A DNA stretch of 64,000 nucleotides. Origin: Klebsormidium nitens. Lineage: Eukaryota > Plantae > Klebsormidiophyceae. The position numbers and the translations under genes were made by a program. Positions 13,961 through 27,734 of the stretch are shown piece by piece. Where the stretch lies: positions 47,570 through 111,569 of the forward strand of contig DF237238.1 in the NCBI GenBank assembly GCA_000708835.1. The letters are read 5' to 3'. Under the pieces are notes generated by a model. That model did no database searches, was not told the origin of the DNA, and saw nothing but the letters and a program-made list of their open reading frames with translations. Each line of letters begins with the position of its first letter. The stretch's first letter is position 1.

Positions 13961-16900
13961 ATGTGGCAGGGCTTAACGGGGTTGCGAGAGAATCTTGGGA
14001 AGGGGTTGCAGGAATTTAAGAAGGAGGCTTTACGGGAGAGCTCGACATTGATTCGGGAGGTCAGCAAAGTGGGGCCGGCGCTGATCAAGGAGAACGCCTT
14101 GGGCGACAGTAGCGAGCAAGAAAATGAGAAGGAAGAGGTGGCACACTCTTCCAGCATTCAAAATGTACGTAGCCTCTCTTCTTTGCACACAGACTGCAGA
14201 GCTCGTGCTTGCACACCCTGTAGAGAGGGTGTAATCTTGATGCTCCCTGATTTTCCCTGCAGATACATGTTCTGCTGTGCTTTGCTAAGAGCAATTGTAT
14301 GTGAAGCTTGTGTGGAATGCACTCACAGATTATGGCCGTGGAATCATGTTTGACGCACATCTTTGGACCTGCAGAAAGCTGAAAATGCGGATGGTGAGGC
14401 TCTCGGGCCAGATTCTGAAGGCTGGGACAATGGCTGGGACGAAGGCGAGCACTCGGAGGAGGTGCCCCCAGAGAGGACTACGCACAACCCTCAATCGGAA
14501 GACACCCACAAAGTGGCCAATGAGTTTGCCGAGAACCATGCCGGAGTGAATGGAGTTGCAGAGGAAGGAAGCTTTGTGGAACTGGACATCCATGCCAGTC
14601 ACACGGGTGCCCTGCAAGACAATGAGGACGGCGATGACGGCCAACATTCCCTTGCCGATGCCTCCTCCAGCAGGTCCGCCTCTACAACCCCAAAAGCTTT
14701 TGGAATGTCCGACGAGCGCAGAGATACGGAGCCACAAGAGGACCCTGAACTGGCGGGTGACTCTCCGATGGCTGCGGCGATCACCTCGAAACAGCTGGGA
14801 GAGGTCACGGGGCAGCGCGACCGGTTGGCGGAGCGTCTGGATGTGATGGAGGACGAGCTGGAGGCTGCAAAGGCGCATCAGGCCAGCCTGGAGGCCGCGC
14901 TGCAGGCGGCTCGGAAAGAGGCGGCGGTGGCGGTCGAAGAGAGGAACGCGGCGGAGGCGAAGGCGACGCGGCAGGAGATGGAGGCCGCGGCGGCGAGGAA
15001 GAAGCAAGAGGCACTGGAGGGGAAGGTGAAGGCGCTGGCGGGAGGGCTGGAGCAGCGGATGCAGGGACTGAGGCAGGAGCTCGAGGTGAGTGGCGCAGAT
15101 GCCTCGGCACGGCCAGCGACCATGCAAGATGCTTGCTGGACCAGCCGCCTGCTGCATCTCTGTAGTGTGTTTGCCGCTGTGCCCCTTTTCTGAGGATGCA
15201 AGCACTTCTCGAAGTTGGCAAATCAGCAGCTCAGCTTTCTTTCTGGGCCTAGCAGTCCTTGATTCCGAGGGTTCCAAGCTGCCCTGGCAGAGCTTTTACT
15301 CTGGATCTGGCCAGGCTTGTGTTTGTTCTTGATGGGAAATGCTGTTTCTGCGCTCTCAGACGCGGACTTCGGAGCTGGTGGCCTCGCGAGCGGAGGTGGC
15401 GGAAGCGCGCAGCGCCTTTGACGAGGTGAAGGCCATGTTGGAGGAGAGCAGCTCCGAGCGGGAGCGCCTGGGGGAGGAGCTGGCGCAGCTCAAGGGGCAA
15501 TGGCAGCAGGCCAAAGACGAAGCAGCCAAGTACAAGCACGAGGTAAACAGTTTGTGCATGTGGCAGAGGCTTAGCGCTGATCACCTTCTCGCCAAGTGTG
15601 CTTGGCCTGGCTGTCTGGCGGGAGATTCGACCGTACTAAGTGTCCCTTTCGGATTCATATTATCTTGGATGCTAAGCCACAGCAAGTTGCTTGGGACAAT
15701 CTGTTGCTGTGTTGCCAGGTCAAATCAAAGTGTCCCTAAATTGCGTTCCTCTTCATTTTGCAGGCGGAAGGTGCGAGGCGCGAGATTGCAGAGAGCGTCG
15801 CTGAGCTGTCGGAGGTGCGGGCGGACCTGTGGGCCACGGTGGGTGCGCTGCATGGATGAAAGTCGGATTGCTTGCATAGATCTCTTGTGAGCTCTTTGTC
15901 GAGTGGACATGTAGGAAGTGTATTCCTATGGACCCATAACCGTTTCTTCTGCACTTATGCCGAGTTTGACTTCAGAAGATTGGGTTCTGAGGATAGGAGA
16001 CCTGCAAATGCAACGGCCGATTCGAAACGCCCTCAGTGGGAACCAAGAAAACCGAGAGAGCGACTCGATTTCTCCTCTCTCTGATGGGAATCGGCCCCGC
16101 TTGCTTGCAGAAGGAGGCGGCCAAAGGGAATGCTCTTGGGGAGGACGAGCGCGCCAGCTTGGAGGCCGCCCTCAAGGCTGTCTCCGCCTCTGCTCAGACG
16201 GCCGCCGCCGAAGCCGGGGCTTGGAAAGTGCGAGCAGAGACGGCAGAGGAGCAGGTCAGCGCTTGATCAGAGATCAGCGCATTCCAACTAAATGTGCAAT
16301 AATGGTTGCGTCTGTCTGGGACGATTTTCGCACACGTGCTTCAGGAAAGTCCGGACACTTCCGGCCTTTGGGTTGTACAGGCAGGGACATGGACTCTTTG
16401 GTGGGCGCCAATTGGTCAAGTCCGTCCTGCTGCAGAGCCTTGACCCTGCGGATTTTCGTACAGGTGACCACGTTGCAAGCATCGTTGGGCGCAGCGGAGG
16501 CTGCTGTGGCGGCTGGCGAGCAGCGGGTGCTCGAGGCGGAGATGGCGGCGCAAGAGGCGGCACGCGCGGCCAACCAGGCGCAGCTGTCCAGCGCGGAGCT
16601 TAAGGAGCAGAGCGAACAGCGCTCGCGCATCTTCCGGGCGGCGGTGAAAGCGGCAGTGGGCAAGATACAGACGGTGAGGAAGCCAAGAGGGTGCCCTTGC
16701 TCCGCCTCTGGACTTGCCTCTGACTGTTTGAACTCGATTCGAATCCCTCTTGCAACATGACAGTTTGCCGTCCTGAATCACAGAAGCATGCTTCGATTTG
16801 CACAGTGTGAGGCAGTGAACTCCTTATGTTTTGAGCACGTTTATGCACGTTGTGACGCACCCGATTTTGTGCTGCTCACAAGCCATACTATAACGTAGCC

Positions 16901-19757
16901 CAACAGATTGTAGAAGGGGCGACGGTCGTTCGAAGTCAGCGAGGTATTCGATCATTTGGTGGTGTCACTTTCCGTGCTTTTCGTGAGCGTAGGGGCGAAA
17001 TCTTTCTGGTCAACTGGTAGGCGGCCCCAGGCGAAGCTGACGGCCAAGAGGGTGCTGGTTGCAGGAGTTGGAGCATGAGCGGGATGCAGCACTGGAGCGG
17101 GCCCAGCACCTGGAGCGGGACCTTAAGGACCATGCCGCACGGCTCCAGGAGACGCAGGTGAGGGCCCCAAGAAAGTAGAGGGTTCGTCAGCGGCTGAGAA
17201 GCAAGGTCGTGTTAAGCGGGCTAAAGGTTTATGCAGCGCAAAAGGAGTCTTCGTGAGCTGCATCATTGGAACAGGCATGGGTGATTTCGATTGAAGGCCT
17301 AGCACGGTAGCTCGCTTTGCAGATTGCACCCCGAAGTGATATTGCGGCCAAGTGTGAGGTGCTCGATATCTGGTGCCCGATCTCAAGCAAGTTTGGACTC
17401 AACTTGCCTTCTCTGTACGTCTCTTGTCAGAATTGATGAGGACATCTTCGAAAACAGAACGATCATGCAAAAGACGTTTGCGGAATCCGAATGCACAGAT
17501 CCCGTTCGTGCTCTTGGAAGTGGGAGCGACGAGCCATCTTGTTGCTGATGTGCCGCTAGAAACCTAGCTGGTTCCATTGTCTTCTGCTGCAGCAAGATGC
17601 CACCATAAAACCGGAGTGCTAACTTCCGACAAGTTTGGGCTTCGGGAGGAGCTTGCCGACTTGAACCCTTCATGTTCTTGCCCAACCGTTTACCTTTCTT
17701 CTGACCAACAGGCTTCCTTGGAGGCCGTGTCTACGGAGCTCGCCTCCGAGCAACGCTCCGCAGAAGAGGCACGTGCCGCGGCCGCCAGCCGGGAGGAGCG
17801 GCTAGAGACGGTCCTGCGCAAGCTGAGCGAGGCGGAGGACGAGACGCGCGCGCAGCGAAGGCAGGCCGAAGCGGCCAGGGAGGTGGCCACGCAACTCACA
17901 CATAAGGTGGGTCGCCATGGCTTGGGACTCCAACGTTACCACAAGAGACTTTCGACTGTAACGGTGCTCTTGGCTCGCTGAGTGTCCTTAGGTTCTCGCA
18001 AGGAGCTGAACGTTCGGTGTAAGTAGCTCTGTGTTAAGGACCAGGTTGCGAATCGTTACGCTGCCTGTGTCTTCAGATACCGCTCTTGCTCAGCCCCGTT
18101 GTCCGTACACTTGCCGAGGGGCTAAGCTGGAAGGATGATGAACCTTCTCAAACGCCGTGCTGACTTGCAGTTGTCGTCCGCGGAGGCAGAGTACGCAGAG
18201 AACCGCACAACTGCGCAGATGGCATCGCAGCAGCGCGACTGGGCGGAAGAACGGCTGGCCGCAGAGACAGCGCGGCTGAGCAAGCTGCTGGAGGAGATCG
18301 AGAGGGAGAGGGACAACGTCAAGGTGCGGTGCGCACTAAATATATATTCCCTTGGGACAAGTGTGGGGAGGCGCCATGTCCTGGTAGCAAACTGGGTGTC
18401 GATCCATGCCCACTTGATGTATGCAGGTGGACCCGCATGAGTTGCTTTATAAACAACAGTGGTACATCGTTGGCACAATTTCTACATTGCTAAACCGACC
18501 GATTGTATTGGAAAGTCCGAACAGCTCGTAGGCTGCCAGGATGCAGCGCCTCTTCGCAATGCGTTACTCGCATGCTCAACTGAGGCGGCCTTCGTGCTGC
18601 CAAAGGTCTCAGTGTTTCGCGCTTACAGATTGCGTCCTACAAAGTACACGGTTTGACAACGAAATCCCCTTCCACCTAATCCTCGGCTCATCCCGCATTG
18701 CGCAGGCTGCTGCCGCGGAGGCGTCCTCCCGGTCCGCCGAGGAGGTCGCGTCGTCGCGCGCCCGGGTCGCGGAGCTGGAGGGCAAGCTGGCGGTGCTGGA
18801 GAGCCGCTCCGTCCGCGGCAGCGAGGAAGCGCGCCTGCGCGCCGAGCGGAACCGGAGCCCTGCTGCAACTAGCGCGGGGCGGGGAGGGGACAGCGGCCTG
18901 GAGGACCTGGGGCTGGAAGGGGTGCGCTGGAAGGCAACGGACGATTGGGAGGTGAGGGGCTAAGCAAACGGGCGCAAGTGGGATGGCATCTTCTGGTCAT
19001 TCGCCGTCATCCGTCTCTCTTGAACAATGGCAGGCGGTGCTATGTGAAGTCAGAGGAGTTGTGCTCTTACAATGAACAACCGAACCCCTTCCGAACCCTC
19101 CCAAGCTGACGGGCAGTATTCTACCCGACATGGACTTGCAATTACGTGTTCACTCGGCTCGTTGCCCTTCATCAGCATACCAGGGCTAGTTTGTTGCTCT
19201 GATTGACTATTTCAAACCGCTTTTTCACGTGCAGGCTCCGGGCGAGGCTCGGTCCCGCAAGCCCGGCAAGCGGGGGGCCGTCAAGGCGCCCGTGGATGAC
19301 TCGTGGTGGGGCCGAGAGGAGCACGAGGCAGGGTCGCGGGGCAGGATCTCGAAGCGGACGGCCGTTGTGTTGCTCTACCTCTTCATCCTGCACATCATGG
19401 TGAGCGGTAGTTCTGCGACAGACTAGGGGGCTGTTCCAAGCAGCCGCACAGATCCAGCCTCGATTTTGCTCGACTATAGCCACAGCTCTCCTTGACAGAT
19501 CCAAAGGTAGCCTCGATGGTGCTCGATGATAGGCAATGCTTTCCTTGACGGTTGAAAGTGTTTGCAAGATTGATGTTGCTTTGACCATGATGGAGCTCAC
19601 CGCTGAGCAACTTGACGCCCTCGGCCTTTGCCATTTGTAACGGGCGATGTGACTTGTCGATTATGCTGTACTGCAGGTCATGATCTCGTTTACGAACCGG
19701 GCTTCTCCGTTGTGTATAGACATGGGGGCACAAATTGATAATCAATTGCCTGGATAA
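13961..19757 (+). CDS. Long coiled-coil, C-terminally tail-anchored protein (golgin-84/CASP-like architecture)
   Basis: Exons approx 13961-14164, 14372-15086, 15359-15543, 15765-15838, 16111-16252, 16464-16673, 17066-17158, 17713-17906, 18171-18323, 18706-18954, 19236-19398, 19677-19757. E/A/R/K-rich heptad repeats, then one hydrophobic segment (TAVVLLYLFILHIM|VMISF) near the C-terminus. The golgin assignment rests on architecture only. Confidence 0.75.
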
Positions 19758-21100
19758 TGCATATCAATTAGACAGCCCTGTAAAATACACACTGCCTCCC
19801 TGTTTGAGAGACTGGAGACTTGATTGATTGACTCTAACAAATCCCGTTCCGGTCACAGATAGAACACGTTCGGCACAGGATATGGACGCTGAACCTCGTG
19901 CATTACCTACAAAAGTACCATAATTACATAATTACCTCCAGTTCCTTGGTGTGCTTTTGAGTCTCGCTTTTCTGCAAACATCCGAGCACCTGGGCTCTTT
20001 TCTTCTGCAAGCCACTCAAGCGGTCGGCCGGCTATTGCATGGCCCATGTAAAGTAGACGAATGCTTCGAATGTAGCTATAGCCGCCACGGTTGCATTGCG
20101 ATTCGCACTACGTGGGGGGTCCATATGCATGCAGTGACATGTACGGAAGCTTGACATATGCAACATTTGACAGTGAAGCATGCTGATGCGAAATATCTGT
20201 GGAGTCGATCTGCATATCCTCAGTGCATCAATGATTGCACCGGGTTAAATTGCACTAGTGCAGAACAGGCAGCTATGCATGCAATGAGATAGCGTACTGA
20301 AGCTCTTATTATAGACTATTCAATCACAAATCTGCACATGGGCGGGCAGCAGGCCGACCGTACGTCGCAGCATGATCTCGGCCTGGAGCTAGAAAACTTT
20401 GATCTCAGACGTTGCTCGGTCGGGGTAAAGCTCCAAGTAGCGGTATGAGCCTAGATCCGGATTGCGACGTCTATCCATTTGTACGTCGAGTCATGCACGC
20501 CTTGGTCACTAACATGATGATTTCGCCATGTGCCATTGGAGGATAATTACAGGGCTGCCGGACTTCTCTAAACTGTCCCTGATGGCCTGCGAGTGCTGCC
20601 GGACATGCCAATCCTCTCCGCTGCAAAGGTCTTTGCGTGCAGAATCTGTAACTTAAGCAGCAGATTTGATACCCATCGAACTTCCAGCCTAGCTGGATTG
20701 GGAACACGCCAAACGTGGATCATCTAGCTCGATCCATGTCGCTGAAAACGAATGCCCTGACGGCCAAACGCACAATATGATTGATTCCCTGACATGTTGC
20801 TGCCAGTATAAGGGGATTGGTATCACTCGTTTCGGTCTGTCGTTTCTAGCTGGCACTTTCACTGCCGTTGCAAGACTGCCGCAGAGTCAGGAATGTGCGC
20901 CGAACCGTTGAACCGGCGTGAGTAACTTTAGCAAGCACAGATCTCACAAATCTCAAGTGAACGACAAAATCTTCTTTAGATGTGTTTCATATATTTGTAC
21001 GATTATAGAATGCGAGCACCAGCTGGGATGAGCGCTGGCCCGAATGTCCAAACTTTACCCAATCATGTAGGACTCAGATTGTTGCTCAAAACGCCGCTCG

Positions 21101-24100
21101 TCAACTCGAGGTTAGTGACGTACACAACGCGCAGGCGAGGACGACTGCAGCCATGCCGAAGGACGCGCCTCTGCTGGCGGCGGATCCTGGTGGGGGGGTG
21201 GCGACCACAATCCGGGGGAGGGGGGGGCGGCGGCACAGCCGCTGGAGGGGGGCACGGTTTGGGCGAAGGGCTCGGGGAGGGGAGTGGGCGGCTGACCGGG
21301 GGGGAGGGGGGGGCCGGCGGGGGCGCCGCATACTCTCCGCACGTGGCCGTAGAATTGAGCGCGCATAAAGTTGGGGCGTAAGGGATCCCCTGTAGATACG
21401 GTATGACAACCGATGAATGCCCCTTGAACGCGGAGCCGTTGAGCCTTGAGGGCAGAAGAGCGGAGGTCTGTGCTTAACTGCCTTCATGAAGACGAGAGAA
21501 GTATCTTTCCATCAGCTTGCAGTGGGTGTCCGTTTGGAGTACAGTCATTGATTGCGTTCCAGGAAAGTCTGGACTTATCCAAGTAGGCTGGCAGTCAGAT
21601 GGGCTGCACATGTGGAACTCGGTGATTGCAGCATCAGCTTATCTGCAAAGCTGGAAGCTTCAAAGAGCTTTGCTCGGGTTCACGTTGTTACCTGTTCGAA
21701 GCACTCGGTAACTGCGATGCCGGCCGTGGTGGTGTTGTCGCCCCGCCACAGCGCATACCCGCCGCCAACCACCTGCGGGGAGTCCGTCGGTTTGTGCGGC
21801 CGGTCAATGACGCATAAAAAGCAATCTGGACGATCTGAAAGCCAGATCACCCTCTGCCAAAGCCTGCCTTTGTTGAAACTCCGGTATGAGAACGAGCTTC
21901 AGTTCAACGGAAATCAGCCAGTCCCACAGGAAGATCCTGTTTACCGCCTCAGCGTATCCTTCGTCACTAATACTCCGAAATTCTGGAACCATTCAAGACG
22001 CATCACGAAGCAAGCTACAAGCCGTGCCCTGACGAGCATACTATTATGGTTTAGGTAGGATAAGTTTTAGGATAGCACAGTCCCCGAGGAGAATAAAACT
22101 AAACCCCAAACCGACAGATACACCCGCCTGGCACCCGTACCCACCCTAGCCCCCAAATTAACGCCACCCGTTCGCCGGGCCAAGACCATATCCTACCTAG
22201 GACTATCATGCCTATGCTATAGGTCTATCTGACGAGCCCCGCACCTGAGCGCAGTTGGCCAGCATCTGGTCGCTCCAGACTTGGATCCCGGGGACGTTCA
22301 GCACCGCGGGCATGACGGATGCGCGACACGTGGCGCACCCCCCGGGCTGCTGCAGCGCCTGGGGGCTGCAGGCCAGGTCGAGGTTCTGGAGGAAAGTGAT
22401 GTCGGTGATACCAGAGAAGCCGTTGATCGGGCACAGCGAAGACGCGGGGAGCGGGTTGTTCTGCGCGCGCGCAAGAGGGTGTGCTCGTCAGATGGTTTGG
22501 ACGATGAAAGACTTCGCTCAAAACACGCTCTGCATATCGTATCAGTCATACACCTGTCGCCTAGGGAAACATTCTGGGGGCAAGAAATTCTAGGAGAATC
22601 GTTTATCTGTTGACAGAGTATGATCTACATTTCTAGGCACTTAAGTGTGTCCTTTCAAAAGGGCCTCCGGAAAGCAGGCGACTGGAGAAGCTCTCCCTGC
22701 ACTGTGCGTCACTATCAACCGACGCCTTTCGATACAAAGTCGCGGCTGGCAGGTTTGCGAGAGTTTGCAAGGCCAAGCTTAAAATGTGGGCGTCGTTTTT
22801 GCTGCTGACCATGCAGTTCTGCACGGCGGCCACCAGCTGCGGCACGGCCTGCGTGGCAAATGCCTGGAGGACCGCCATGAAGCAGCCACCCACCGCCTCC
22901 TGCGTGCTCACGTTCACCGGGGGAATCTGCGCGCGCGGCCGAAAAATTTTAGAGTCGAGGCACGAAGCATCAGGCAGGCGGACCGCAAATCCGCGGAATG
23001 GCTGGGCCGACCAGGAATTGCAGCGCTGCCGTTCAGATTTGATAACGGGTCAGATTTATTGTTTGCGCTTGATTAGCTACGGTTTGTCCGAAGCTGTGCA
23101 TTGGAACCTGTCCTGCCAGACATTGCGGCCCCCTGGCAATCGTGGCCAGATTAGTATTTGTAGACTGGAGTCCTTATGATCAGATTGGACGGTAGCGCTG
23201 CGAATTCGTCCATCGGCGAAGTTTTGCAGTGCGTCTGCAGCCACGATGTTGAGTATTCCGCAAGGAACGACTCGACAGTTGATCAGGCGTCGCTGATGGT
23301 TTTCTGCGAGAAGCGAACGGGTTCCCCGTAGCGACTCTTCGCTTGCTCAGTCTCAGGTCGGAGTTACCTGCTTTCAACCTGAGACGTGTTCGACGACGAG
23401 TATCTCCCGTCCCCTGTGAACACGCAGCCCGGAAGAAGCCGTCTAGCTCAAGAAGGAGTCGACGCTTCAAAGCTTGTGGCTTGCTTTCGGGGCAAGGCGG
23501 CGGCGCTTGCGGTGCTAACCAAGGGTTCGGCGGACGCAGGACTTGTGTGACCAAAAACCGTCACTTCTAGTTGTTCTCTCTGCTCCAGCAAAACAGGTTC
23601 AAGAACATGACCCGGTCTAACGATCAATCACCAGTCACCCATCTTCTTAACCCAAAGTCCCAGGCATCCGAAAAGTGTACCCGGGTTAGCAATCAGCCAC
23701 AAACAACCCAACTTCCTGACAGAAGTCCCCGGGCGCTTTCTCCGCATCGCGCCTCACCATGATGGCCGCCCGGTAGATGGCCGCGGCGCAGATGGGGCAG
23801 TGCGGGGAGCCCGCGAAGGTGGGGTCCGACGCCGCGCAGTTGGTCCACACGCCGGCGGCGTCCAAGTACAGCTTGAGGTCCGCGGGGGCGGTCAGGTTGC
23901 ACGACTGCTGGCCCAGGTAGTACGGGCGAACGTACGGAGGGACGCGCCACGGGGTGTACAGCTGGCACACGGGGAATGGGAAAAAGTCAGGAGATTTGTG
24001 TCAAGAAGAGTTGGCGGGGGCTTGGGGCGGTGTCTTTACACCTGTGATCCTTGCGCAGTCGCAGGGGAAAGATGACGTTCGTGAGCTTAGAAACGAGGAA

Positions 24101-26597
24101 AGCGAAGCACAGCGAAGGAGCGCGATCGGCTCCGACAGCTGTTCTTCGCTCTGCAAAGCAGGACTTCGTGGGACGTGGCACGTGAGGAGCCCAAGGCTGT
24201 GACGACTTTGCTCGAAACCGAAAGTAGCACGACAAGCAGAACAAGAAGAAGGTCACGCTCAGATCTGTAAGTATATGCGGAATGAAGGCCCTACAAAAGA
24301 CCGGTGCAGGTCCGATGTTTCCGCGTGACAGCCGTATACCAACCCGTTTACTCGCTTCCGTCTTTGATGTAAAATATACGGTGCCCCCAGTGCGGCTCAC
24401 CGGGCACTGCTGGATTTTGGTGACTGCGGAAATGGTGATGCCGTTCGCCACCAGGATGCTGGCCACGGTGTTTTGGCAGTCGCTGACGTACTCGCTGACG
24501 TACGTCCCCGACGCGCCCGCGGCCGCCATTGCCGTGATGGCCAGGCTCACGTACGTCATGCACGGGCTCACGCAAATCTGGTTCCTGCGACCGGCGGCAT
24601 AGAATGTCAATGTTAAACTCAAGCCCCTTTTCCGGTCGCGATTCCTCGAGCCTGTACGACTGATCAGCTTTTTAAGCGGACAACATTCTTTGGCTGACAA
24701 GCACGTAGCACAATCTCAAGAGGAGTCCTTCCGCATCTCCAGTACGTACCCACAGATGGCAACGCCATCTCCTTCCTTTTCCTTTCCCAGAAAGACTGGC
24801 GTGCACAGGATGTTCTCTGTAGGGACGTCAGATTGACGTGCGACTCAAAAGCTTCAAGACGCAGTCCTAGTTCTCGCTTCGCACTCCTCACGTGGTGAAA
24901 GACGCGAGGCCACACGTCACGAGCAGGTTGGCTGCAATGTCCGGCACGGCCAGGTACAGCTCCGCGTAGCTAGTGACGGGACAGGTCCGGTTGGCCGTCA
25001 CCGGCACAATCGCCGGCACGACGGGGCCGTCCCCCACGCTGCCGCCCTGGCCGCCCCCGCCGCCGATCACCGATGGGTCGCACACTGCGTATGGCACGTT
25101 CTGGCACACCTGGAAGGAGAGGGGGCGAAAGGGGCACTTCAAGATGTGGATCCAGACAAGACACGTGGCAAGAATAAGAGGGATGGTGGCAGTTTGGAGT
25201 CCCGGCGAGCGAGCTAGTTGGTATTCCGTTTCTCTCGGCTTTACGCTGTATTGCTAAAAGGAAACATGCCACCTGGCCTGGCTGGGGTCAATGAGTTGCT
25301 TTTGCTGCTGATCCCATCCGCCCTGTTGTTCTTGAAGAGAATGCGACGGATCTTTACGAGCCCTCTTCTGTTATTTTGCTGCTTCAAAGGCGTTGCTCAC
25401 CGAGTATACGTCGATAGCCTGGGAGGACGAAAGGCGCGCTGCCACGTCGTTAAGGCATGCTCCGCAGGCGTTGCTGTCGGAGGTCACAATCTCCAGGTTG
25501 TTTGCATCGTACAGCTGGTTCTGCACGAGCAACACATGACACACGTCAGCAGCTGCAGAGTAGGTGTGGGGCAACTGTTGGCGCAAAGATCGTATGCCGT
25601 TTGCCAATTGTAGCCCCATGAAGTTTCTAATTCAGACTCTTCGTGTCTTTCCATGCAGAATCCCTGATTGACCTGATAGTCCCCTTTGCCGATTGTAAAA
25701 GCGCTTCAGGAGATCAGGACTTGAAGACTTGTTTTCCTTCAAATTCTTTTATCAACTTCCTTAAGATTTTCTTGTTAACTTAACAACTCCCTTAATTAAG
25801 GCAACGAACTTTTGAACATCTTCTCAGCTCTTGGGTCCAGCTGTCAAGAGATCCAGCTGTCCTAGCCTTGAGACACGGAGAGAGGCGTCAGCAGCCAGTA
25901 ATGATAGCGACTGACCTGCAGGAAGGTTAGGACCTTGGGACAGCACCCCTTTTGGGAGTCAGACTTGAAGGGGTAGTAGATGTTGCACGCAGTAACCACG
26001 GCAGACAGATTGGCGCCCAGCACAGCCCCATGGACGGGGCACTCCGACGACAGCTGACCATTGGCAGCCTCCACTGTGACGTCAGGCAGTGAAGACAGCT
26101 GTCAGGGCTGACATCATGTGCCTTGGGGTAATGATGGCCGGTGGGGTGGGTTAAAGGCTTTCTTGTTTGGCCCTCATTTGCTCTGAGGACGTGTGCATGC
26201 AGCTATAACTGGTCAACTGCTGGCTTGTTCTCAGACTTTGAGGTTCTTTTCTGCGTTTCGATCAGTAAACGGAAACATAGGCTTGAACCCGCATAAGCGG
26301 ACTGGTTGCCTAGAAGTTCCTGTCTAGGGATCGCACAGCTGTCTACACAAGCCTGCCCTATAAAGCCATGCTGACACCTCAAGACGTTAGGCTCGTGCGG
26401 TTGCAAAGCTTTCTTGAAGAGTCTGCAGCGGCCACAACGGGGTTGAAGTGGAAGCCAAAGTGGGGAGACGTCAATGCTGCGGTCCTTTCATACGTGGAAA
26501 GGCTGCCCACGCAATGCTGTGATCGTGGCTCACCTGACTGGGAAAGTGCGCAGAGAGCTGTAATTGCAACGAGTGCCACGCTCCAAATGGCATTCAT
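21101..26597 (-). CDS. Secreted Cys-rich four-module protein with Pro-rich stalk and GPI-signal-like tail (apparent +1 frameshift in last exon)
   Basis: Phase-consistent exons approx 26597-26534 (signal peptide MNAIWSVALVAITALCALSQS), 26075-25917, 25524-25399, 25110-24893, 24587-24402, 23962-23759, 22926-22810, 22460-22248, 21775-21691, 21389-21101. The exons show high GC3. Confidence 0.75.
22054..22197. mobile_element. Possible tiny TA-flanked inverted-repeat element in an intron
   Basis: TA|ggtaggat (22054-22061) ... atcctacc|TA (22190-22197). The IR is only 8 bp, and ggta-type motifs are common in this window. Confidence 0.25.
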
Positions 26598-27230
26598 CTT
26601 GCTTGATACGACGTGACGTCTCCTGTCGGTGCCTTTCATCAGCCTGCGCATCATACAGGATTCATCGCTGGCGGCCAATGCTGCCGGTGCCATCCTTGCC
26701 GAACCCAATTACTCTTGTGCAGACCAGGTCCTGCACATCCTAGACTCAATTCTAAGGAAGGGTTTGCCTCAAAGTCAGGCTCTGTGCTCTTGGAAGATGG
26801 TTCTTGCGTATGAAATTTGTATTGCAGCTTCTAAGCCTGAGTGGACGAGTGCCTCTACTACATCGTCGAATGAGGCATGAGGGCTTTTCTCTGGCTTGCC
26901 GTGTGGGGACTCTGGGGCCAGGACATGAATGGCAACTTCGGCAGAGGAATTGCGCTTTTACTTACCTACAATCAATAAGAGTCAAGACGGGCGCCTGAAC
27001 TTCGAAAGGCACATTAATACCACGGGGTGTCATGAGGAATACGGAGTTTATTTGAGCACAGTGCACTGCTGAGTCGACTTGAGGACCGAGATGTGCGATT
27101 ATTGTACGGTCTTCTCGAATTCCATTGCGCGCGCAACTCACTGAATTGAAAATGGACGGTACTTGAGGGCCTTCCTATTCTTGACAACGGTTACGATCGG
27201 ATCGAGGCGGTAGACCCTACGTACACTGAA

Positions 27231-27732
27231 GAGCACGACCTTCAAAATTGACTCGGACGCGGTCCCCGCGGTCGCGCGATAATTCACTCTACAAATTCTG
27301 TGTCGCACCGCAGATGACTAACGACACTTGGCAAAAATCTGCTTAGGTTTGTTGCGAAATCCAGTTGCCCTGTAAGCAATGGCCGATTCCCCGGGTAAGA
27401 AACAAGACCATACAAGGGCTGTTCTTAGCGTCCAAACTGCCCGGTTCAGACCTTAGGCTTACAATTTAACCGGGCCCTTCACGCGCCTATTTTTGCTCCC
27501 GGTGGATCGCAAGCCCAGCCAGAAAACTGGGCAGGCTGGACGCCAGAAACAGTCCTGCAGTGGTTCCAGATTGCTTGCCCGGGGAATCGACCATTCCTTA
27601 CAGGGCTGAAATGCAGACTGGATTTCCGGCAATCTTCCGAGATTCGCCAGTCTGCGGTGCGACCAAAATTTATAGAGTGATTTTACCGCGGGACCGTCCG
27701 AGTCAAATTTGACTCGGCCCAAGGTCGTGCTC
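27231..27732. mobile_element. Foldback MITE with GAGCAC...GTGCTC ends (copy A)
   Basis: Arm 27231-27314 (gagcacgaccttcaaaattgactcggac...aattcactctacaaattctgtgtcgcaccgcaga) is an imperfect reverse complement of 27651-27732 (tctgcggtgcgaccaaaatttatagagtga...gtccgagtcaaattt...aaggtcgtgctc). No TSD found. Confidence 0.7.
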
Positions 27733-27734
27733 CC

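Noticed and set aside
20980-21381. Gly-rich plus-strand ORF
   Set aside because: Antisense of the Pro-rich stalk exon of the minus-strand surface protein.
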